DNA of 64,000 nt from Tubiluchus corallicola (taxonomy: Eukaryota > Animalia > Priapulida), in the NCBI GenBank assembly GCA_030141605.1, contig JAQGDQ010000008.1:1116001-1180000 (forward strand). The letters are read 5' to 3'. Below, in pieces: positions 41,001-53,100 of the stretch. The translations under genes and the position numbers were made by a program. The stretch's first letter is position 1. Each line of letters starts with the position of its first letter. The notes beneath the pieces were generated by a model. The model was given only the letters and a program-made list of their open reading frames with translations. It made no database searches and had not been told where the DNA came from.

Positions 41001-44000
41001 TCACTAATAAAATGCTTACCACTATGTACACGTCCACGGTACCAAGATATGGCTTAAAATCAGGCAGTACGGGAACAACTCGAAACAAAACTGAAATATG
41101 TAAAAAAATTCATTTCAGTTGATTTATCATTTAAATAAATTGTCTGCAAAATAATTATTAAGGGACTGGACAGATTTTATTCAAGCAGGACATAGCGACC
41201 TACATTCACAACTCTCTAAACTAAAGGCTGTACTAAGTAAAAAACCGAAAGATAACTTTTGTAACGTGTCGTGTGTCTAAGGATGAATTTGTTTAGTTGT
41301 TCACTAAAGGTATGCGCCGGGTTGCAGATATTGTTATTATGTTTACTTAGCCAAAACTCAAAATATATCAAATAATAAAGTGATTAATTATGCAACATAT
41401 GTAGACACAGATGCTCGAGCAAGAACCAAAGTATCACCAAATTCACTAACCTCGAATGACTTGATCAGGCTCCTTCTGGGTTTAGGTATTGGTGTGGATT
41501 TATTTAACTCACTATCTACTTGTGCACCCTTAGTCTGTACTTTACCACCAGTAGGTTTAACAGGAGTAGCTGATTCCTGGGGGATGGGTTCGACAGACTT
41601 TTGATAGTGGTTACCAGGTAGAAAGGCCACAGGGTAGTTATGTGAAGCAGCACGTTATAAATCCTGTAACTGAAAGACTGTATATTGGGACACGCGCTAA
41701 ACTGTTCTTCTCTAAGGTTCCACGCGCTGACTTTGTGTGTATGTATTCATCGAGTAATTGGTCATCCATCACAAATTCAGTTTTTATCATGCTCACATCA
41801 GAATCAGTATCTCTAGTACACTGCAAGCAGTAGCCATTCACATATGCCAGAAAACGGTGTCCTTCTTCTGGGAACACTAAATCATCGGACTCAACAGATC
41901 CCCTATTTTGTTGATCCACATGTTCTATCATATTTACCACAGACTTCGTTTGTGATCTTATATTTACTTGCCCTTTCCAGCTCCGGGGTCTTGGGCTATC
42001 TACTTGCTTATGTTCTGCCCTTGGACAGTAATAGCAGACTAAGTTTTTCTTAGCACCAAGAGCACTTGACGGGGTACTTCTAGGCTATTCTGTAGTTGCT
42101 TTTACTTTAACTGGCCTTCGAGCACTAGAGGCACTTGAAACAGCTTCTCAAACTCCTACTGACCTGGCATATTTGTCGGCTTGTTCTTCTATTTCGTTAT
42201 AGCTTAAGCCTAAACAGTTTGTTTGAAGCCATTGCCAGTCCTTGAGGAAGAACAGAGAAGGCATGTTCCAACAGAAACAGGTGTCGTTATTGTTCTTGTG
42301 TTTCTGTATTCTTAGCTTCTAACCACTGACATGCTGCTCTATCTAGTCTGTGGAAAATTGACGATAGGTCTCTGAGTCTTGTTTCTTTCACCACGGTAAT
42401 GAAATTGATAACAGTCAGCAGAACTCTCAAAACTCTTCAGAATATGCCGTTTAACTTTCTTGTAGCTATCATATGGAAACGAAGTCGATAACAGTCCGCA
42501 GAACTCTTAAAATTCTTCAGAATATGCTGTTCAACTTTCTTGTAGTTATCAAGGTCTTTCAATGGAGCTTTATGATAGACTACAGCAGCCTTAACAGTCA
42601 AGGCCTTAGAAAGGCTTGCTACCAGGTCACAATTTGGAACACAACATGCTCATGCTACCTTCTCAAAAGTTGCTATCCAGTCCGTTATGTTGTCTTTCTC
42701 TTCATCAAACAATGGGACATTGACTTTCAGAACTTTAGATGTGATGGATGACAAATCTTTATTTGATCAAAACTTGTCTGACTGCATAAGCATATACACT
42801 GTAATTTATAGTGCCTGTCAAGTTCACGCTCTCTTTCCATATGTGCTCGTTCCTCCCTCTTCATGGCTAATTCCATGCAAGAAAAAATCAATTTGGGCAG
42901 ATGACATTTCATGGAAGTGTACATATTCTCTCTGCCCAGGTTCGGGTGTTTTGGTGCTGCTTAGGTGGGCTGGTTTTAGAGGTACCTTTGGCTTACAACC
43001 TTGAGTACTAATGGGAGTTGTAGTAATTGCTTGTTGACTAACTGCTACTGGAATTGTAGAAGCCATACTGAATGACATTGATTGATATATTGGGTCAATT
43101 TCTGGTAAAGCGTTTGCCTCAAATTGTGTGAAACACAGTTGTAGTACCAGATGTAGTTAGTGCAGTAGTTCCCAGATCAGCATGTGGATCGCTGGTTGCC
43201 ATACCTGTGTAATCTGTCATAATAGAATCGTGCCATCTGCTTCACCTCTGTCATCATAATTATTTGTACCTATTCGTTCTTGTTCATTTAATAAGGCTGC
43301 ATGTTTTAAAGTTTGTTCTTGTGCATGAATTTTTCTTGTCACCAAATTAGCTTTGTATCAAGATTAAAATCTTCTGCCATTTTTTGCAACTGTTGTTTAC
43401 TTAATTTCTAAAGTGATGTTGCATTTGTTTCACCATTTTCGGCCAAGTTTTATTATATCAGCTTTCTATGTCTAGTAATTTCTACATGCGTTACATGCAA
43501 CATTGTTGGCAAATACAATGCTACTTTATTTTAGTTACAGTTTATACAGGGTTGTCGTGATGCCGATAAGCTGCAATACTTTTTGTTTTGTTTTTCGTAT
43601 GCTACCAGTAGGCACAGGCCTACTTCGTTTTTCACTTCAAGCACAAATCTCAAGGCAATGTATACAGCATTAAATTCTATTAATTCATAGTTACACTAGC
43701 GACACGTTTACAGCCACGAAAAATTTATAATGCAGGTCTTGCAGCAGTTGAATTTAGCAGTGGAATGTAGACCAAAAGTGACAAAAGGGTCGACACAAAC
43801 ATCATTAACTGGTGACCAATTTAATATAAATATCAAATCTCCCCTTTAGGTACTTCTCCCACCATTGCCACCATAACGGTAACGTGTCACGGGTCTTAGG
43901 ATGAATTTCTTTAATAGTTCACTAAATCTTTGTGAAAGTCAAAAAGCAACAGCAGTATCAACCACATATCTAAATCAAAACATTTGTACCTCGACTGGCA

Positions 44001-47000
44001 ACAATATCTATTTAATTATGGAGTGAGAAAGCGACTCTTGCAACTTTTAGCTTACAAACTATCAAACACGTACCCGTCCTGCCTTGCGCGTACAGCGCCA
44101 AGTTGAACTGTACAAATATGGACATTGTTCTTTGACTGAATTCTAATTCTGTCTCATTTCGAAACAAAGATGTATCAAGTGATCCTTCGACGTGACCCTC
44201 TAGGAAAAGCTTGTATCGTCCCTCTCGAGCTCCTTGCGGAATCTAAAAATTACAAACAATGAAAGCTGCCGATAGCTAGTAATCTCAAGCATGAGTAATT
44301 TTACGTTCATGTATGCACAAGTATTATGTATGTTACCTATTGTTATTGATATACTAAAAGCAAAAAGACAAAATTCTACAAAACAATCATGCTAGTAGAT
44401 AAGCCACAAACAGTTACTGTTACTCAGACATTGAACGCAAAATATTTTTTTGGCTCAATCTAAAATTTGACAAAACTAACATAACGATGCTTCACTAAGT
44501 TAAGAGCAATACATGATGAATGAAAACTTTAAAACACAAAAATACAATAACTATTTGTGGTCTCCTAACTATCATCACTCATTAGTGTGGTAAGTACAAG
44601 TGTGTTTCTTATGGTGCAATTCAGCTAAGCACAAGCATGGTTCATTACTGTTTATTGTGTGTTACAGTACGTGCGAGCAAACTTCCTAATTATTGTAGTA
44701 CGTCACTAAATGCAAGCAGGTTTTCCAATTATTTTATAGTGTGATTAAATGGAAGTGCATTTTGAAACTGTTTATGGTGTATTACAGTAAACATTTTCTG
44801 GCAGCCTGTGCTTTCTTAATGCAACATTTAATTTTGTACCTTTACTAGTAACGTATCTGGGACACCTTCATAATACTTCTGATAATTAGATGCAATTTCC
44901 ACCCCCTCTCTTCGTATTGACGCCCGCACATGCACAGGAAGCTCTTTTTGTTCAGCTTTTAAAATGGCAACACTGAGCCTGTATGTCAGGCCAGGTCTCA
45001 CTATCCGTGGAGCTAATATCATGTATGTACTGAAATGACAAAACACGTAACATAATTAAACAAGTAATGATAAGCCTCAAAAGCACATTTTTCAAAGTAA
45101 AAATGCACTTGTTTGGTGAAAATGCAAAGTGAAAACAAGCATCTTGCAAAAATTTACCAATTTAAACACTCTTACAAACTAAGTGAAAGACTACTAGTTG
45201 TCCACATCACCTGAAAACCCCTTTTAATGGAACATGTTTTATCTCAATCAATCGTCCTTTTGCACGCTTTGCAGCCTGTATTTCACTAATGCGTACATAT
45301 CTGAGTTATCACAACGGTACGTTCAACGTGAAACTATTTTTGAAGTACGATGATAATGATTATTATGGCCAAATGATCCAGTGGACCACAAACCAAAATG
45401 CCATAAAAACCACCTTTCAAGAGACTCATAGTCTCATACACAGAATCCTAGCAATATGGCATGCATTATACTAATTACTCAAATGATTAATGCAAATGAT
45501 AGTAAAGTAGTGTAAGATTTAGTACTTGTATGACAAGAAATGTCAGGCTAAGATGATAGGGAGTTTCAGTTTGGCACGCGAAAGTGCGTTTAATCACGTC
45601 TAATCACCTATGCACAACTCCCAGACGTGTATCGTGAGGCTAACACAGACTGTGAGAGAAGGCGATCCCAAAATTATGAAGCACGATAAGGCAAGCCGCA
45701 AACGAGATAAATATGAAGTTAAGCTAGAACATAATGTCAGAAAACTCAGTAATATGTTCCAAATTATACCTTTATGCACATTGCACCTATTAATAAGGTG
45801 ACATATTTTTCAGCCTGCTATTGCAGTTTCACATAAAAAATTGTAGGTGCCACGTAACATGCAATGATATTTACTGCCCATAACAGCCTATAAACCGCCA
45901 CTAGTTTGGCCACTTTGGTGCACAAACTCCACTCCACGGCTTTCTGCGCGTTTTTTTTTTGAAATTTGAATTTAAACCTTTATTGCACACTTTTTTCCAT
46001 ATACAAAACAGGAGTTAAAAACGTAAAGACAGCATTATATAAAAAATAGTAAAACACACTTCTATATACAGCACATACAATCAACGTTTTGACATTGAAT
46101 TAACCATAGACATAGACATCCACACGCGTGTATCACAGATTTCAACAGTTCAATACGCGTATAATAATCTATGAACCGTAGTGTATTCCGTCCAAAATTT
46201 ACTTAAGCAGAAAGTCATTACAAAAAATAGTCAGCTCCACTATAGCAATCGTAATTTGGTTAAAAAACTAAAAACGAATTTAGTTATCCATATTAAAAAA
46301 CAGCTGTTTTTGTTTAAATCAAGCTTAACCTAAAGAGTCAGTCTGACAAAGCTTAAATGTATTAATACCATAGTTTAGCTATAAGCAACTCAGTATTAGC
46401 CTGAGTTAATCTATAAATCTGGCTAATCTATCTTACTCGGACGATTAATCACCAATAATCAGTAAACATGGTCTGCTTACAGACAATGGGTAAATGACTC
46501 AACATCAGCCACTCTTTTTGTTCTAGAACTCTGGCAGTCTTCTAGACTGCTCCTAAGCCATCCAAGATTCATTGGATTTCAATGCTAGATCGAAACAGAT
46601 GTGAGCTATTTAAGTGGACACTGGACACTTGCTGATCACTGCTGACACTCGTTGAAATTAAGAACTGCAGAGTTACGTAATACTGCTGAGTTAATGAGAT
46701 AACATCTGCCGGGAAATTCATACTGTTGTGGCTACCGAATATTTAAAGCTGTTAACAACTAAAATTCTGGGTTCAAATTGGCTGTATTCCACAAATATAT
46801 TCTACTATATTCCAACACTTTATTTCTCAAGTTTGCACACTTGACATTCCGAAATCCAAATCTGCTGCTTATAAATGAAATTTTTTCTTTGGTTTCTCAT
46901 CTGAGGAATTTTCTACCTTCTACTACTAGCAAATTCATCACAACAGTGCTTTTTCTTGGCCAACAATCCCGAGCATTCATACTCTTTCGCTCGACTATAG

Positions 47001-50000
47001 CCCCTTAGCTCCAACGCTGTTGCATAAAGTGATTTGTAAAAAAAGCAAGTTTTCACATTCTTTTAAACTTCCTATGAAATTTCAAAAATCTGTGAGTCTG
47101 CCCCTCATGGCACAGCTTCCATTGCAACATATCATCCTGAATACTCCCTCTGCTTCTTATTGGGCTTTAAACCAGGGATCCTATGGACGATTGGAGTCCA
47201 TTGGACGAGATGGCAGATTAGGTCTGAGTGTGTCGGTCTTCTGTGCAACTGGATTTCTTTTCCTCAAAATAGTGACGGAATCAAACAGAGCAACTACAGT
47301 TTACAACTGCTTTGGTTTAGCAAATGTGGTTATTTTCGTGTGATGCCTTTTGATGGCCACAAACAATTTTGGATCAGGAACCCCACCCTATGGTTATGGT
47401 TAGTGACCTCTGGTGCCAAGTTAAAAGTTCAATGTTTTTTTCCCAAACTACCAGGCAATTGGTAATCTCACAACGCACAATTTTCATCGAAGATGAAATA
47501 CAGAATCCGCGTCAGACGACTATCTGCAACCCCCACTTCCAACATTACAAAAAAGTAAAATAGCGGAAATTATGTAACCAAATATTCATTCCCATAGACT
47601 TTTACATTCCCGTAGACTTTTGTTTAACAAATTCAAAACAAAGAACCTTGATTACAGATTTCTAACAATTATGATTCTTCCACGCAGTTATATAGTATAT
47701 AATTTACAGGAGGTTCAAGTTTTTGCAATTGTATTTAAAACTAGTATTATAGCACACGATATGCAAACAAACATTCTGAGATGCATTTTTTCAATTTGTC
47801 AATTTACTAAGCGATTACATGCGAGGCAAGAACGTCTACTGCCCTAGCGAGCCTACAGTTACGAACGTTCAGCAAAAGAGCCAGTCACTAATAACCGTAA
47901 ACTAACTATGCTTTTTCTAGTAAATGGCCGCCAACATTTGTTTTTTACACACAAAAAAGAACAAGAAGTACGTGACGCTTGGCTTAAGCTTTTCCTACGC
48001 CTAACGTTGCATTAGCAATGATAGCTATACTAAAACTGAGCAGGCTTATGTATTATTCACGCGGGAAGGGATACAAGACGTACAGCGCACCCCAATTTAG
48101 TAACATAGTGCACATTAACACATTTCAATTACGTAGTAGCATTTGCACTAGTATAATCAACACGAAGCTAGCGAGAGCACTAACTGTAACTAGCCAAACC
48201 CCGCAAAAAGAATTTTGCTCATAAATGAACACACAACACACACCACACCTCACCACATTGTACAACACCATACCACCGCACCACATTACCCACACACCAC
48301 ACCACTCCACCAACACCACACACACCACATCATCAATACCACACCACGCCACCCACACCACTCCACCACACACACACACCCTACCAAACCACCACACCAT
48401 CCATAGCACAACCCCCATAGCACACCACCACCACCACCAGCACACGACACAACCCACACCACATCAAATCCACCTCACATGGTGATCATGATGTTGATGA
48501 TGACGATGGCGGCAACGATGACGACACCTACAGCACCAACATCAACAGCAAAACATCACAATAAAACCATTAAAAAAACATTTTGCAAAAAGTCGAAACT
48601 GTGTGCTATAATAAATGCTCTTAGTCTGTTTAGCAATGACCAATAATGCGCGGACATTCCACATAGTTTTGTTTGCCGCTTCTTACATGATAATAAGCTA
48701 ACAAAACTTACATGAAAAATCTGTACCACTGTAGAACGGCGGGTGACAACAATGGCTGGAACAGCCGCGTAATTTATCAAACTTAAAGACAATGGATGTT
48801 CCAAAAAGCGTGCAACTTAGGGGGGTTGAAAAAGAACTTTGAATTACACCCTTCCCACTTCGTTGAGTTGGCCTCTCTCCCAACAAAGCTTTCACCATTT
48901 TGTGGACCGTTTCGTCTTCTTTCTGCGAGTGTGCTTAATTTTTTCCAACATGCCCAAACAGTTGCACAAACTGAGTTTTTCTAGAGGCTGTTTGAGAAGT
49001 TTCCAGCAAAATTTGCATGGTTTGGTCCGGGAAAATGCCCGTAGTGGGATTGGTGGCACTCCCGTGAAGTCTAAATGTGACTATTACACCCACCGTTGAA
49101 TGGGTTATTCAACCATTACCAGCACCGCCCTTGGCACGTTCCCGTTCTCTAGAAATAAGAGGTATAAGTTTGCAATTTTTGTGAAAAACAGTCAAAAAAG
49201 GGCGTTTTTGGAGGTTTTTCGCCGTCCGTTCCTCCCGGTGTGCCCGATTCGAAAAATAAACCCCCAGGTTCGAACCTATGTGTGGAGCTCTTTCATTTGA
49301 CGTATAGATCGTCGAGAATGGTGTCGTCGGAGCTGTAGCCTCGTCGGTTATGTATATATACATATATATATACCACCGAAATTAATATATACGATAGATT
49401 CAGAATGGTATAATTATGAACGTACTTTAATTGTTAATTTAGTGAAGGACAGTTTAGCCAGGGCAGGCTGGAATTTATACTCAGAGCAAACAAGTAAAGC
49501 TGATATTTTTTGAAGTTATGGATTTTGAGGAGGAAGGATTTCTGAAAAAGCCTCATTTTTTGTAACTACCAGCCATTAAGAAAATAATCAGTACGTATTA
49601 TTTTTAGTGGATCTCAGCCTGCTGCATTTACCCACGTTTCATGTTTTCACTTATAGATGAAAAATACCACTACAGATTTTTGAGAAAGCATGAACTAGAA
49701 TGTATTCCTCCTATAACTGTACATAGCTGTACAACAAATAATAGTTTCCTGCCATCCTCTAAGCAGCAAATAAGCTAACCCAATCTAATCCACTGATAAA
49801 GGGAACAAAAGTTTCAGCCATCCTTTCATTAATTATTCAATGAGCATATAAAGGTACAAACGACAAAAAAGTAGAATGTCACACAACCCCAGCGTCATCA
49901 TCTAACAGACAGCGTCGCAATAATAATTTTGCTAATGTACCGTTCACTATTCATATAGGAAAAATAAGCCTATATTATGTATTTTGTATAAAGGAAATAT

Positions 50001-50057
50001 TGTGCATACAAAACTTACCAGCATCAGGTGAGGGAGAGAGAGAGAGAAACAGAGAGG

Positions 50058-50115
<58 letters not shown>

Positions 50116-53100
50116 TCAAGCAAATTCGTTTTTCTCAGGCTCAGGTGTGTTATATGTAGCAACACTAATGCTGGGAATGAATAACATTCAAGTTCAATAG
50201 TATTCGGGAATGAAGAATATTCTTTATAATCATTAAGCTTGCAGAGTAATAACGATTGTAACATTATTGTAAATTTTCGCAATCATTTCGCCTCAAATCA
50301 ATTCAAACGGTAGATCGAACACAACCTGTGAAATTGTCGCTAAAATGTCTTTAACCACATAGCAAATGAAAAATTGTAATGAACATATCGCCAAAACTTT
50401 CCGCGTATACGTATAAGCCCATTTCACATTTAGTCTACACTAACGACATTTATAGCATAATTTGCTCAAGTGACGCAGTAAAGAACCTATTTACGAGCGC
50501 ACTTTTGCAAAGCTGAAAGCCTAACACGCGAGTTCTAATCACTTACAGGAATAATTTAGGAATTTTCCCAATCAATCATATACCGGCGTTAAAGTCAATG
50601 AGGCTCAAAACAGAAGCTCGAGAGCGGACTTACAAAATTAAACTGAAGCATCATTCGGTCAATGATTTTCAATGACTCACGAACGGGCCTTGTATCTCCA
50701 TTAGTGATTCATAAAAATATGTTTGATTAAAATGTCAGTTAAGTTTGTTGATAAAGACGAAAGAGACCAAGATGATCGAAAACCATGCAAATGTGATTGA
50801 CAAAAGTACACATTACATCTAATAGCAAAAAAGTGTTACCCCGAAGGTCCAAACCCTAGTTTTATTATACAGCAGTGCATGCTGGGTAAACATAAAAGAC
50901 ACAACAAAGGTTTTGGGGATTGAATGCTTACCACAAAAACGTCAGTACATTTTTATATAGCCAGGAAATAAGATGGAGTTCAGTCTAAATAGGAAATCTA
51001 TCCTTGCCATTGATCTATCAATTAACAAAGGTCATTATAACTTGGTGTTAAACGACATGGATGCATTCAATGCTTTGTTTGTCAAGCGAAGAGAGATGCT
51101 GCACCTCTTTTGTCTCTACTGGGAGCTAACAAATGCCACGTGCTGAATACTGTAACACGTGTCTGTAATGTTAATTAAACCGCATCGTACCACAGGAAAC
51201 AGCATAATGTCTTTGCTTATTATTGTGATCTACATAGGCTGTGGACAGACACTAATGGGAGGGCGGCACAATTTACTGACATTTTTCATTGAGGTGACCG
51301 GTGATAACGTGGATACTGTGGATCCAGGGGATAACTGTATCCATACTGTGGATACTGGGGATAACGTGGATACACTGTGGATACTGACACTGCTGAGGTT
51401 GCTGAACACTGCGGTTGTGAACACCGAGGTTGTGGGTGATGTGAGGTTGCTAGATATTGAAGTTGAGGGTGCTGAGGTACTGAATACTGAGGCAGGGGTT
51501 ACTGGCATCAAGCATGCAGTTTACTGATACTGAGAATTCTCAAATAGTAGTTACCCACATAGTGTTTCAAGTTTTAACCTTGGGGGAATTTGCTTTTATA
51601 ACATCCGTACTTTGTGAAGTTTCTTTGCACTTAATAATGGTTTTCAATGTTGTTAATAACATAGCCATTCCGATACAATTTTACTAGTCACTGGAAATCT
51701 GCACAGAGTTAAGATATACCTGCCATCTGATAGCTAATAGCTAGTTTAATCTACAGAAAAAGTGAAAGATTAAAATTAAACCTGCTAAAGAACAGGCTAT
51801 CACCATAACTGCTATATGACCATTTGACTGTTCACATATATAAGCTCCATGCTCTCACAGCCAAAACGGATCAGCAGTGTAGCATAACACTACATGGAAA
51901 ACACAGTTTTGGTAAAAATGCATGTGGCAGTGCAACTAGTCCAAGGCACTGAGTTAGCTGAAACCACCCAGTTGTTTTCCTGGTAGTCACCCACCAGACA
52001 CAGTGTTCCTCATTTTTTGCTAAGCACACATGAGCAAGAATTCAACTTGATCCACTTGCCTAATGTGTGCAAGTATTATTATCAGAATATTAATAATAAT
52101 GTAAATTTGAATAATTTATTTCATCTAAACTTGTACAGAGCATAGAACTTTATGCTGCAGTGTAACTCAGAAACTTATAATGCTTGGAATTTCAGTGAAA
52201 CCTGAAACGTAACAAGTAGTTACTAGTTGACAAATGAACAAACCAAAAGAAATAAATTAATTACCAAGAGAAGAACTCAATTAATTCCCTAATTACTCCT
52301 GGTAAAGACTCCATGTTAGCACACATCTATCACACAAGATAAACTTGAAAGGAAAATGGACAATAATTGAGCTATGACTTTCGGTTTGCAAGGTTTTAGT
52401 ACAGGTCTGCTAAAGAGCAATTCTGACCTAATCGCTACATTTCTCAAACGTAAAGAGTGTGCTTTACAGAGATTTCTCCAGAAGTTAATGCTAAACTCAG
52501 ATATAACAAATTCAGTATTTTTATAGAAGAAAATGTCACTGGATATTAATTAAAAAGGGCTTAATCAATTAATAATTATCAATTATCAGCACTTAATATG
52601 ATTTGCTGAGTTTCATAGTTTAATTAGACCAGGTCCAATTCCAGTTATATAAATTAATTGTACATTATATAGGTTTCATGGCTTAACATACGTGTGTCTG
52701 ATACAGCACTCAACCGACGATGCTCAAAAGTATTCCCCACCAAAGCTTCTGGTTGACGAAACTATAAATAGGTCATATTTTTGCAGAGTATAGAGCTGCT
52801 GAACAAGTTTTCAAAATTTATGGTGTATTTAATACAACCAAATTTTTTTTAACGTTTTTAATAAATAAGTCTAGGAACTTTTCTGATTAATAGAATTTCC
52901 TACAAAACTTTGTGAGAATGCCTTTATAATCAAATATGACATCAGAATTTTATGAGAAATGAGTCTTTTATCCAAACTATTTTAATGCTGAAAATTTTTC
53001 CCATAATAAGTCAAACAGCTCAAATCTTCAGTTAAGGATGGCCATCTTTTATGGAAAAAGATGCAGTGGCTTAAAACAGCTCAACACTTGAGTTAATATT

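Noticed and set aside
46990-47560. Cluster of ~100-aa ORFs, possible THAP/transposon relic or nested gene
   Set aside because: No convincing motif in any frame examined
48125-48485. His/Thr/Pro-rich and Val/Trp/Cys-rich ORFs
   Set aside because: CA-rich low-complexity DNA
51230-51511. Ser/Thr-rich mucin-like ORF in the Mcr sense direction as a cassette exon
   Set aside because: Intron 1 is phase 2, and the nearby acceptors give the wrong phase or a stop; better explained as a degenerate minisatellite
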